Shown here piece after piece: positions 30,184-40,200 of a stretch of 64,000 nt of DNA (the stretch's first letter is position 1; every line of letters begins with the position of its first letter). The translations under genes were made by a program, and so were the position numbers. The stretch is from a virus. The notes under the pieces were generated by a model. It made no database searches. It was not told the DNA's origin and was given only the letters and a program-made list of their open reading frames with translations. The stretch is taken from positions 128,001 through 192,000 of IMG/VR virus record IMGVR_UViG_3300045988_138996; one strand, written 5' to 3'.

Positions 30184-31326
30184 ATGGAAGTAAAAAAGAC
30201 ATCTAAATATTTTGTTGATTTAGTCAAATCGATGAAAGAAGATTATACGAATTTACAATCTTCTATTAATAATCAACATAATAGTTATAATAAGAAATTA
30301 GAAATAATGAATGCGATGTTAGAATATAACAATTCATTATCTTCTCGTCTCGAAAAAGATTTCGATGCATTGCGTGAAAATAATCGTATAGTCGAAGCGA
30401 TGTACGATGGAAATGCTATGCATCGTAAAAATATATTTAATAGTAACAAAGTATTATTTGTTGATAGCAATAAGATATTAAAAAATAATTCTTCTTACGA
30501 CACATATGGTAATTGTGTTCATCCTAAAATTATCGGCAATCTAGAAAATGTTTTGAATTTTAATAGTTCTGTCGGTTATATTTTTAAACCATCAGCAACT
30601 GTTTCTATTAACGGTGAAAGTAATTCTGAATATGTAAATATTTTGAAGCACGATACAATTGCCGATAAGGCTCCTGTGTTCGATCAGTATACGAGTAATG
30701 TATTAACTGTTACGATTGATTTTCCAGATAATCCATTAGTCGGTGCTACGAATTGTAATGCTATTGAATTATCACCATTTTTAGCTGGTGCTGCCGTATT
30801 AAAAGCAATTACGATTATTACGACACCTGGTACTCAGTTGTCAAACGATGCGATTATTATGGATTACGATCAACCATTAGAAGATACAAGGATTTTGTTT
30901 GATAGCATATATGCTATCAAAACTTTAACGTTATCTTTTGATTTAACATTTACTAATAATTTAGGTTTATATCCATTCGGATTGCGACATATTTATTTGT
31001 ATAATGCTAATTTCGATACAGAACGTAGCAATATCGTTATTCGTAACGATTATCAAAATCTTATTAAATATATTGACGATGGTATTATTATTTCTAATCA
31101 AGACGGTAGTAATACATCGAATAAATATTCGGCTCATGAAACTACATGCAGCGAACAAGGTATTAAATTATATAGCTATTATGCTAATAATAATTTATTA
31201 TATCAAATCGAAACCCATACACGAGATTTAGCAAATCAATTATCTAGGAATACGAAAGTATTTTATGCCGATATCCCTGTAAAGAAAGCAATGTATTCTA
31301 TTGAGTTTAAGAAAGTCCGTACTTAG
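30184..31326 (+). CDS. Structural protein candidate: N-terminal coiled coil plus beta-rich C-terminal domain; last gene of the unit
   Basis: 380 aa with a GAGG RBS. Helical N-terminus (KEDYTNLQSSINNQHNSYNKKLEIMNAMLEYNNSLSSRLEKDFDALRENN). Its stop codon sits inside the terminator hairpin. Confidence 0.6.
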   Translation: MEVKKTSKYFVDLVKSMKEDYTNLQSSINNQHNSYNKKLEIMNAMLEYNNSLSSRLEKDFDALRENNRIVEAMYDGNAMHRKNIFNSNKVLFVDSNKILKNNSSYDTYGNCVHPKIIGNLENVLNFNSSVGYIFKPSATVSINGESNSEYVNILKHDTIADKAPVFDQYTSNVLTVTIDFPDNPLVGATNCNAIELSPFLAGAAVLKAITIITTPGTQLSNDAIIMDYDQPLEDTRILFDSIYAIKTLTLSFDLTFTNNLGLYPFGLRHIYLYNANFDTERSNIVIRNDYQNLIKYIDDGIIISNQDGSNTSNKYSAHETTCSEQGIKLYSYYANNNLLYQIETHTRDLANQLSRNTKVFYADIPVKKAMYSIEFKKVRT

Positions 31327-31340
31327 TACGGGCTTTTTTT
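31315..31340 (+). terminator. Rho-independent terminator
   Basis: GTCCGTAC-TTA-GTACGGGC forms an 8-bp stem and is followed by TTTTTTT. The TAG stop (31324-31326) spans the loop/stem junction. Confidence 0.85.
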
Positions 31341-31353
31341 ATTTTTATTCTTA

Positions 31354-31362
31354 TGGTATAAT
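31354..31362 (+). promoter_or_regulatory. Extended -10 promoter candidate (TGgTATAAT)
   Basis: TGGTATAAT lies 14 nt after the terminator T-run and about 42 nt before the ATG at 31404. The 15-nt string TATAATAATAAAGAA is identical to the one at 35588. Confidence 0.5.
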
Positions 31363-31403
31363 AATAAAGAACAATGTAAAAGTCCACGAAGGAGAAATAA
31401 CCT

Positions 31404-32009
31404 ATGATTGATGCTATGTGGTACGAAGCCAATATTCTTGGTCATTCTACCGATAAGACATATATAACTCAATATACAATCGATTATCTATATGATAATG
31501 ATATGAACGATTACGATATCATAAAGATTCTGTCCACGTTTAAAAAAGAATCGATTAAATATTGTGATCTGCCTAATTCTTTATGGAATGATAGTTTACT
31601 TAAACGTGATACTTATTATTTCAACTCTAAACTGCAAATTCTATCGAAGCCACCAACTCTTTCGATAGATGCTAATATCACGCCTAAAGATATTAAATTT
31701 TTTAAAGAAATGAAAATTTCGTTTACGAAGGACGATTTACTACGTTTCTTTTATTCAAAATCTAATTCTTTAATCGTAAAAGATTATAATCGTGATATAG
31801 GTGCTATCGATTATTTGTTAAATCGATATAATAATCAACTTATGGAATCTGTCGACATTTGTTTATATTTAATAGATGAATACTCTTATTGCGTAAGTTC
31901 ATTATTAAATTTAACAAATTACGAAGTCGATATTCTCGATAAAGTAAATACAATATATTATGATAACTATAGATCAGGCACAAATAGAATTATATACAGA
32001 TGGAGTTAA
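31404..32009 (+). CDS. Hypothetical protein, first gene of the replication operon
   Basis: 201 aa with a GAAGGAG RBS. No motif recognised. Confidence 0.6.
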   Translation: MIDAMWYEANILGHSTDKTYITQYTIDYLYDNDMNDYDIIKILSTFKKESIKYCDLPNSLWNDSLLKRDTYYFNSKLQILSKPPTLSIDANITPKDIKFFKEMKISFTKDDLLRFFYSKSNSLIVKDYNRDIGAIDYLLNRYNNQLMESVDICLYLIDEYSYCVSSLLNLTNYEVDILDKVNTIYYDNYRSGTNRIIYRWS

Positions 32010-32011
32010 TT

Positions 32012-33028
32012 ATGAGTATAAATTTTTATGAACTATCACGTTCGACATATGAAGAATATGAAATCGAAACGGAAAAGGAAGAAGAAGAAGGTTATGATAC
32101 GTCTAACTTTAGCATCTTTAACGATAAGCTTAGCGGTCTAACAAAAGGATTTTATATCTTTGCCGGTGAATCTAATGGTGGTAAAACAGCTATTATGTCT
32201 AATCTATTAAAAGATTATGGTACGACGGCTAAGAATAATTTATTCGCTATTTACTACACACTAGACGATACTGTCGGCGAAGTTATTCCAAGAATTATAG
32301 CTATGGATCAGAATATTCCGATAGCTGTAGCAGCTAAGCCAAAACGTTATGAGAAGTTTGCAGCGATTACTCCGAGAACACCTGACGAAGAATTTAATAT
32401 CGAACAAATTCGAGAACAATTACGACGTCGTAAAGAGGGTATTCAATTATTAAAGGAGCAGAGCCATCAATTTATGATGACCGACGGCACTAAATTGCAT
32501 ACGTACGAAGATATCGTCGAACATGCAAAACAGGCTCAGGAGTTTGTCAAATCGCTCGACGACAAAAATAATATTATAATCGGTATCGACTCTATATCAG
32601 ATATCCGTTACGCAAATAAAGATTTTAAAGACGTTAAGAATAAATATGAATGTCTATCTGAAGACCTTAAAAAGTTAGCTAACACTGATTTACAAATTCC
32701 AGTATTCGGTACAGCTCATTTGCGTAAATTAAATCATGGTGGTCGTCCTAGCCTAGACGACTTAAAAGATTCAGTACGATTACAATATGATGCCAGCGTT
32801 ACGTTCTTAGTCCATAACGACGTAAGTAAAAATAGCAATAGTGCTAAAGTATTTTATAATCGAGAAGGTAAAGAAGAAATTCAACCTATTATCGAAGTCC
32901 ATTGGGCTAAGAATAAACGCAGTGAATTTAAAGGTCGTACATTCTATTATTTTATTCCAGAATATTCCAAAGTAACAGAATGTACGTTACAAGATAGTGA
33001 ACGTTTTAATAATATTATAAGAGGTTAA
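32012..33028 (+). CDS. DnaB-family replicative helicase, RecA-like C-terminal domain only
   Basis: Walker A is FAGESNGGKTAI and Walker B-like is IIIGIDSISDI. The DnaB_C-like segment FGTAHLRKLNHGGRPSLDDLKDSVRLQYDASVTFLVHND is present. The ATG at 32012 (GGAG 8 nt upstream) is preferred over the track start at 32000. Confidence 0.7.
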   Translation: MSINFYELSRSTYEEYEIETEKEEEEGYDTSNFSIFNDKLSGLTKGFYIFAGESNGGKTAIMSNLLKDYGTTAKNNLFAIYYTLDDTVGEVIPRIIAMDQNIPIAVAAKPKRYEKFAAITPRTPDEEFNIEQIREQLRRRKEGIQLLKEQSHQFMMTDGTKLHTYEDIVEHAKQAQEFVKSLDDKNNIIIGIDSISDIRYANKDFKDVKNKYECLSEDLKKLANTDLQIPVFGTAHLRKLNHGGRPSLDDLKDSVRLQYDASVTFLVHNDVSKNSNSAKVFYNREGKEEIQPIIEVHWAKNKRSEFKGRTFYYFIPEYSKVTECTLQDSERFNNIIRG

Positions 33029-33029
33029 A

Positions 33030-33500
33030 ATGTCTGAGACAGTATTAAGTCCATATCAAGTTTTCTATGACTATATGATGGAAAAAGTTAGTCATGTTCC
33101 GACAACTGTCGAACGAGAAAACTTTGTCGGTATTTGGATACCGGTATTAAAAACATTATGTGATGCTCGATTCGGTACACAGCCTGTCGTATTCGATATA
33201 TTAAAATTATCTCTAATGTATGCCGTTCGTCGTATCTTATTAGACGATATGACAATCGACAGCTATAAAGATTTGTTTAATGTACGTGATTATTTTAAAG
33301 ATTGTTTCGATACGTCAGATCTTCCTGAAGGAACAGATATGATATTCGAAGATTTTTGTATTAAAATCACTCAGTCATGCGAATCGTTATTAGGTCAAGA
33401 AACAGATGTCCCTTTATTACGTCCTAATTTAAGTAGTCCCGATCAATTATTTTATGAGTCATATAAAGTAGCATTGATGATTTATGAAAATAACAAGTAA
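33030..33500 (+). CDS. Hypothetical protein
   Basis: 156-aa ORF starting 1 nt after the upstream stop. No motif recognised. Confidence 0.6.
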   Translation: MSETVLSPYQVFYDYMMEKVSHVPTTVERENFVGIWIPVLKTLCDARFGTQPVVFDILKLSLMYAVRRILLDDMTIDSYKDLFNVRDYFKDCFDTSDLPEGTDMIFEDFCIKITQSCESLLGQETDVPLLRPNLSSPDQLFYESYKVALMIYENNK

Positions 33501-34182
33501 TCAATTTTTAGATTATCTTGATAGTCCTTGGTTCTATAATATAAAATATAATACACCCATTCCGATAGACGAGCGTACCATACGCTCGTCTTTGTTAAAG
33601 ATTGCGTATGTATTTTTAGGTAGTATTTATTCTAAAAATATTATCGGTATGCCTGAAATGTCTCAGCTCTTGGATAAAGAATTAGAAAATGCACCGCATC
33701 GTATTAAACCAAAAGATGTTATTAGTGGACTAGCAAGATTAGATAAATTATATAATTATTGTTCTTCTCAGGAAATTAATATTATTAGTATAGGCCATAT
33801 GCATACATTAACATTCGATGAAGGCGAGATCGAAGTCGATATCGGACCGATCGCTTATAAGAATGGTAAATATTTTTTATTCTATCCAGTATTCGATCAA
33901 ACATTTAATCAAGATAAATGTGATAGCGATATCAAATGTAGCCTAGACTGGAAAGCTGCATATGACGCCTTCGATTTTCAGTTAAGTGGTGTTATGTTTT
34001 ATTATCCTAAGACTAATAATACATTTATAGCATATCGTGATATTAGTTCAATCGAACGTCTTAATTTTATTGCTAATAATGTATTGAAAGGTATTGCTAA
34101 TAATATATACTTTCCAGTTCGAGAAGAATCGAGTAAGTGTCGATTTATCCCAGAGATATCTCGTACGTTTACCGGAAAGTAA
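33484..34182 (+). CDS. Hypothetical protein
   Basis: 232-aa ORF with a 17-nt overlap on the upstream gene. It shows only a weak, unconvincing resemblance to RecB/Cas4-type nuclease N-termini. Confidence 0.55.
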   Translation: MKITSNQFLDYLDSPWFYNIKYNTPIPIDERTIRSSLLKIAYVFLGSIYSKNIIGMPEMSQLLDKELENAPHRIKPKDVISGLARLDKLYNYCSSQEINIISIGHMHTLTFDEGEIEVDIGPIAYKNGKYFLFYPVFDQTFNQDKCDSDIKCSLDWKAAYDAFDFQLSGVMFYYPKTNNTFIAYRDISSIERLNFIANNVLKGIANNIYFPVREESSKCRFIPEISRTFTGK

Positions 34183-34187
34183 TATAC

Positions 34188-34721
34188 ATGCCTTATGAAA
34201 TAGACGGATGTAAATATAAAACAAAAGCTCTTCGTGATACACATATTCTTTGGAACGAATATAAAAAGAAAAAATTAATCAAGAGCTTTGAACTTCCACA
34301 AGTTAAAGATAAGATTAAGAAAAGCCGATACTTTTCATATAAGCCGTATGTCGATGATATTAAATTCGACAGCTTGATGGAAGCAAGTTATTATATTTAC
34401 TTAAAAGAAAAACTCAAGAAAAAAGAAATTCTTGGATTTGAACGGCAAGTAACGTATGAACTACAACCTGGTTTTAGAAAAAATGGTAAGAAAATTTTAC
34501 CAATTAATTATATAGCCGATTTCGTAATTACGAATCTTGATAAAAGTATTCGTGTTATCGATATTAAGGGTAAGGTTACTGTCGATTTCAATCTAAAGAA
34601 AAAATTATTTGAATATAAATATGAAGAGTTGAAACTCGAATGTTTACAATTTCACGATGGACAATGGATGTCTCTCGACGAAATTAAAAAATTAAAAAGA
34701 AAGACTAAAAAGAAAAAATAA
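34188..34721 (+). CDS. DUF1064-like PD-(D/E)xK nuclease (Holliday-junction-resolvase-like)
   Basis: IKFDSLMEASYYIYLKEKLKKKEILGFERQVTYELQP...INYIADFVITNLDKSIRVIDIKGKVTVDFNLKKKLF matches my recollection of the DUF1064 pattern (FDS..E...Y..L....I......Q..f.L......Y.aDF.....veDvKG). The ATG at 34188 follows the upstream stop, so the track start at 34137 is rejected. Confidence 0.6.
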   Translation: MPYEIDGCKYKTKALRDTHILWNEYKKKKLIKSFELPQVKDKIKKSRYFSYKPYVDDIKFDSLMEASYYIYLKEKLKKKEILGFERQVTYELQPGFRKNGKKILPINYIADFVITNLDKSIRVIDIKGKVTVDFNLKKKLFEYKYEELKLECLQFHDGQWMSLDEIKKLKRKTKKKK

Positions 34722-35554
34722 TGTCCGAACGTAAAATATTAGACGGACAAAGAGAAGCTTGGGAAGAAGTCGATTCATTAGTATTAGAATGCCAAAGTCA
34801 TAATACTGATCCTCGACGTCGAGATGAATTATTACAAGAACTATTAATTCGATTTGAACCATTCTTAAATATGTTCCGTGATCTATTATTAGAAGATAAA
34901 ATTTATCTTAATAATAAAGTATCGCGAGAATTTATCGGATTATATATTGCTAATAAATATTTACGATCTAAAGTATTTAAAAATTGGCATCTTAATAAAG
35001 ATGAATATGCCGAAGTAAATCGTAGCTTAAGTTTGATTCGTGACAACTATGCTAAACAATGCGATGTCGAACAAGATTTAAAAACATTGTTTTCGACTAT
35101 GGTTATGAAGTATAAAAAAACGAATCGTAGCTTTAATGCATATTTAACATATGTATTCCGCTACGAACTGTTTAGATTTATTCAAGCCCATCTTAAAGAT
35201 CGTATCAATAATTCATACGATCGTTCCGATATGAACGATATTGGCGTGAGTAATTTGTCTTCATTAACGATGCATAAAGCTGATCTTCTCGATCAAATTG
35301 TTGTTGACGATGACGGGAACTTTAGCGAATTATGGATTAACGGTGAAGTATGTAATGATTTGTTTTCACATCTTACCCCAACAGAACGTTTAATATTAGC
35401 TATGGTATATGCAGAAAATGCTAAGCCAGTCGAAATAGCTAATAAGATCGGAGTCGATATTCAGACGTATCGTAAGATTCGTCGTGGCGCTTTAAATAAG
35501 CTGGAAAAGCTTACGGGTAAAGATATCAATCGACGCAAAAAAAGAAACGAGTAG
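34721..35554 (+). CDS. Sigma-70-family RNA polymerase sigma factor
   Basis: Region-2-like FNAYLTYVFRYELFRFIQ. Region-4 HTH LTPTERLILAMVYAENAKPVEIANKIGVDIQTYRKIRRGALNKLEKL. TAATG overlap with the upstream gene. Confidence 0.7.
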   Translation: MSERKILDGQREAWEEVDSLVLECQSHNTDPRRRDELLQELLIRFEPFLNMFRDLLLEDKIYLNNKVSREFIGLYIANKYLRSKVFKNWHLNKDEYAEVNRSLSLIRDNYAKQCDVEQDLKTLFSTMVMKYKKTNRSFNAYLTYVFRYELFRFIQAHLKDRINNSYDRSDMNDIGVSNLSSLTMHKADLLDQIVVDDDGNFSELWINGEVCNDLFSHLTPTERLILAMVYAENAKPVEIANKIGVDIQTYRKIRRGALNKLEKLTGKDINRRKKRNE

Positions 35555-35575
35555 CGAAAGCTACTCGCTTTTTTT
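35548..35575 (+). terminator. Rho-independent terminator
   Basis: CGAGTAGC-GAAA-GCTACTCG forms an 8-bp stem with a GNRA loop, followed by C and TTTTTTT. The TAG stop (35552-35554) lies in the left arm. Confidence 0.85.
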
Positions 35576-35584
35576 ATGTCTATA

Positions 35585-35593
35585 TGTTATAAT
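35585..35593 (+). promoter_or_regulatory. Extended -10 promoter candidate (TGtTATAAT)
   Basis: TGTTATAAT lies 10 nt after the terminator T-run. The following TATAATAATAAAGAA is identical to 31357-31371. Confidence 0.5.
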
Positions 35594-35614
35594 AATAAAG
35601 AAAGGTGGTTACTT

Positions 35615-37282
35615 ATGATAGGTAAAGATAAGTACAGATCTCGCTTAAAAGTTGATGATTTAGTCGCCCAAATTTTGGAATTAAAACAAATTCCGTTAGA
35701 CGACGCATATAATATCTTATATGATCAAGATAAAATCATTAACATCGATGAAACTAACGAGATTATTAATATTAACGAAGCTGCGTCCTTATTCGTTGAT
35801 TATTTAAAACAAGGACGCGATATTTTTGTTTATGCCGACTATGATGTCGACGGCATGACAAGTGGCACTATAATGAAACGCTTTTTAGCACAATTTAAAA
35901 ATTATAGTGAAGTATACTTTCCAGAACGTAGTGATGGTTATGGCTTAAGTATTGACTTTATTGAAAAGATTAACGAACGATATAAATGTCAATTAAAGCC
36001 ATTAGTTATTACGGTTGATAATGGTATTACTAAAGTCGAAGAAACTGAACTTTGTAAAAAATACAATATACCAATTATTATTACTGATCATCACTTACCG
36101 CAAGAAGTGTTACCCGATACAATAATTGTCGATCAACATATTACCGAAAGTGATCATTGGGCAAAAGCTTTATGTGGTGCTGAAGTAGCTTTATATTTCT
36201 GCCGAGCTATCGAACGAGCATTAGGCTATAATTATTATCATACGAATAAATTGATTTATTTGGCAGCTATCGGAGCCATTGCCGACGTAATGCCTATGGC
36301 AAGTATCATAAATCAAGCAATCGTGCAAAAAGGTTTTAAACAAATTAATGAAGGCAATGTACCGAATACACTAAGACAATTCGTTAAGAATATGGGTTCG
36401 CCTCGAATGAATAGTGAATTCGTATCTTGGGATTTAGCTCCTCGTCTTAATAGCTGTGCTCGATTATTCGATATTAAATCTTCGATTGAATTATTAGATA
36501 TTAGTGAAGATGCAGAAGACGTATGTAATAATGTCGAAGCATACAATAATCAACGTAAAGAGCTAACTAAAGAATATACCGATATTATTAAGAAAGCTTA
36601 TAACGAAAGTTATGATGAAAACTGTAATATTGCACTAGTTGCTTTAGACTATGCTCCATTAGGCATACTTGGTATATTAGCCGGTAAGTTAGAAGACTAT
36701 AGCGGACTGCCTTCGTTTGTCGGTATCGATGATCAAGAGCAATTAATTCATGGTTCCGCACGAAGTAATTCATATCCACTAAATGTATTATTAGCTAACG
36801 ATGAAAATGTATATTCATTTGGTGGACATGCGGCCGCTTGTGGCTTTGCTATTTATAATGATAAAGTCGAAGAATTTAAACAATCGTTAACTGATAAAAT
36901 TAATGAATTAAATAAACATGCTGTTGTCGAATCAGTTCGTAGCAAACCAGAAGAACTTATTTATTTTACGTTATCTGATTTAACGAAAGAAGCATATAAT
37001 TCGTTTTATTTATTTGCTTATGATAACGTATCGTTTGAAAAACCTAAAATCTGTATTAAAGATTTAACGATTACGTCAATAAGCATAAGTAAGAATAACG
37101 ATAAGAATATTAAGTATACGTTATTCGACGGTAAGAAACAAATTGATTTCTGGCATTGGGGCACTGGAGATCTTGGCTTTAGACAAGGAGACAGGGTTCG
37201 TATTATTGGTGATATAACTAAGAATTTCATGAAGCCTAAGTTATATACGTTACGAATCGATAAGATTATTAAGGAGGAATAA
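35615..37282 (+). CDS. recJ: RecJ-like DHH-family single-strand DNA exonuclease
   Basis: DHH motifs are present in order: FVYADYDVDGMTSG, VITVDNGI, IIITDHH (about nt 36086-36094), and the DHHA1 motif GGHAAACGF. The ATG at 35615 has an AAAGGTGG RBS. The track start at 35576 lies directly on the terminator T-run. Confidence 0.8.
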   Translation: MIGKDKYRSRLKVDDLVAQILELKQIPLDDAYNILYDQDKIINIDETNEIININEAASLFVDYLKQGRDIFVYADYDVDGMTSGTIMKRFLAQFKNYSEVYFPERSDGYGLSIDFIEKINERYKCQLKPLVITVDNGITKVEETELCKKYNIPIIITDHHLPQEVLPDTIIVDQHITESDHWAKALCGAEVALYFCRAIERALGYNYYHTNKLIYLAAIGAIADVMPMASIINQAIVQKGFKQINEGNVPNTLRQFVKNMGSPRMNSEFVSWDLAPRLNSCARLFDIKSSIELLDISEDAEDVCNNVEAYNNQRKELTKEYTDIIKKAYNESYDENCNIALVALDYAPLGILGILAGKLEDYSGLPSFVGIDDQEQLIHGSARSNSYPLNVLLANDENVYSFGGHAAACGFAIYNDKVEEFKQSLTDKINELNKHAVVESVRSKPEELIYFTLSDLTKEAYNSFYLFAYDNVSFEKPKICIKDLTITSISISKNNDKNIKYTLFDGKKQIDFWHWGTGDLGFRQGDRVRIIGDITKNFMKPKLYTLRIDKIIKEE

Positions 37283-37284
37283 TC

Positions 37285-40200
37285 ATGTTTACACATTTAC
37301 ATGTGCATACAGCATATAGCTTTTTAGATGGCTATTGTCATATACCTAAATTAGTATCGAGAGCAAAAGAATTAGGTATGACAAGTTTAGCTATTACCGA
37401 CCATAATCATATGGGCGGCATTTATGAATTTCAAAAAGAATGTAAAAAACAAGGTATTAAACCAATTCTAGGATTCGAAGGTTATCAAACTTGGAATGCT
37501 GAAGAATTAGCTAAGGATGTTGATAGTCGTTGGGCCGATGCAGCTATCGATGCTTTCCGAAAAGGCGTCGTTACCGAAGAAGAAGCACAAGCTGTTATCA
37601 CGAAGAAAAAAGGCTTTAAAGGTATTAAAGAAGTTAAAGAACGCATTAAATCCTTTATGTATGATACTCGCCAATATCATTTAATTTTATTAGCAATGAA
37701 CCAAACCGGTTTAAATAATCTAATAAAATTACAAAGTGAAGCGGCTAAAGTTTGTACATATAACGGACGGTTCTTATTCGATATGAGAATGCTTCGTAAA
37801 TATAGCGAAGGTGTTATTTGTACGACGGCATGTGTTGCTAATATCGTAGCTAAAACTTTTAATAAGGGCGATCGACAATTGGCCGAAACTTTATTAAAAG
37901 AATATAAAGATATTTTTAAAGATCGATTTTATTTAGAAGTACAACCTAATAATTTTAACGATCAAGTTAATGTTAATAATTTTTATATGGAAATGCATGA
38001 CAAATATGATATTCCTTTAATAGCTACTAGCGATGTACATTATGTGCTAAAAACAGATAATAAAGATCATGACGTATTAGTATCTATCGGTACTGGTACT
38101 GATATATATAATCCTAATCGAATGAAATATGATCATAACTATTGGCTTAAAAGTGAAGAAGAAATGCAAGCTGGTTTTAAAGATATACTTAATAAAACCG
38201 AAACCGATCGTGAAACAGCTTTAAAAAAATATGCTTTATATCTTGAAGCTATGAACAATACACAAGTTATTGCTAACATGATTGAAGACGTGACGTTAGG
38301 TAGTTCGACTCCGTTAATGCCAAAGCTTCCTAATTCTAATAATACTAAAAAAGAATTGCGTGAACTTGCTTATAAAGGGTTATATGAATTAGCTAAACGT
38401 TATAAATATATTGCTGATGATATTGTTAATTATGAAAAACGATTGGCTTATGAATTAAATATTATTAACTATAAAGATTTCGCTGATTATATGTTAATCG
38501 TTCGTGAGTATATTAACTGGGCCGATAATAATGGTGTAATGACTGGGCCTGGTCGTGGATCGGCCTGTGGAAGCCTTGTTTTATGGTGTATTGGAATAAC
38601 AAAAAATATCGACCCTATCAAGTATGATTTATTATTTGGTCGTTTTTTAACTATTGATAGAACGGGACTTCCTGACGTAGACGCAGATTTTAGCTATTTT
38701 GGTCGTGATAAAGTTATTGAACATATTAAAGATTTATACGGCTTTGAGAATGTAGCACATATTGGTACATATACACAACAAGGTGTTAAATCTGGTTTGA
38801 AAGATGTTGGACGTGCTTTAAAAATTCCGTTTGAAAAAATGAATTTATTAAGTAAACAAATTGATGATTTTGAAGATGTCGTACCACCACAACCTAAGTT
38901 TAAAGATTACGATTCCTTAAAAGATGGCAACGAAAGTGAAAAATCTTTATATAAAAAATGGCAAAAATTAGAATCTGAAAATAAAGAATTATTCAGATTA
39001 GCTCGTAATTTTGAAGGTCTTAAACGTAACTTTGGTGTTCATGCTTCTGGTGTACTAGCTATGCCTTGTCGTGTCGACGATTATTTCCCGACACGTACTG
39101 ATGAAAATGGTGTTATGATTACATTATTTACCGGCGTTGAATGTGAAGAATTAGGTACGGCGAAACTCGATATTCTTGGATTAAAAACATTATCGATTAT
39201 CGAAAAAACACTCGACCATCTTCATAAAGATGTTGATTGGCTATATGATAATTTTGATATTGAAGATAAAAAATTATATCAAATGTTAGCTTGTGCTAAA
39301 TCAGATTGTATATTTCAATTGGAATCTGATATGTTTAAAGATTATCTTCAAGAAATGAAGCCAACATGTTTCGATGATATAGCAGCTACAACAGCGTTGC
39401 TCCGACCGGGGCCTTTGTCTGCAGGCATGCATCATCAATATGCAAAACGTAAACAAGGTTTAGAAAAAAATGAATTACCGTTGCGAGGTATTGAAAATAT
39501 TTTAGATAAAACATATGGTGTAATTCCTTATCAAGAAAACGTAATGCAAATATCTAAACAGGTTTCTGGATTCGATGATAACCAAGCTGATTCAATTGTG
39601 CGCAAGACGGTAGCTAAAAAGAAAGTAAGTATGTTCCCAATGATGATTCGTTGTCATATTTATGGCAAGAAAAATTGTGAAGGCCCTGAAGGTTGGGAAA
39701 ATAATAATGAATTACCGTGGTATGATCCTAAAGGTAAATATGGACCTGAAATTAAAGGTGCTATTGCTAATGGATATACAGCTAAAGAAATGAATGACTA
39801 TTTTGATGCCATTATGGGGTTTGTGGCATACGCTTTCAACAAGAGTCATGCCGTAGCTTATTCATTTACTAGCATGTTAACAACATGGTTAAAATTATAT
39901 TATCCGGTAGAATTCTATTCAGCATTCTTATCGATGCAAGCTACCGAAGATTTATTACGTTACATTCCGATGATTAGAAAGGAAGGTATCGATGTCAAAG
40001 TTCCGGACATCAATATATCTAATCGGGATTTTACTCCTGATGGAAATAATATCCTATTTGGTCTTGGGTCCATCAAAGGTGTTGGTGAAGCTTCTATCCC
40101 AGCTATTGTAGATAATAGACCATATACTTCATTAGAAGATGTATTAGACAAAATAGGTAAAAAAGCTTTTAATAAACGTGTTGGTGAAGCATTGATTATG

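Noticed and set aside
33484-34182. Cas4/RecB-like PD-(D/E)xK nuclease call for the 232-aa protein
   Set aside because: Only a vague N-terminal resemblance (FLDYLDSPWFYN). I could identify no clear D...(D/E)xK core and no Cys cluster.
35576-35614. Upstream start codons proposed by the ORF track (35576 for recJ-like; likewise 34137, 32000 and 51052)
   Set aside because: 35576 lies directly on the terminator T-run and upstream of the promoter-like box. In every case a downstream ATG has a proper SD site and avoids a long overlap with the preceding gene.
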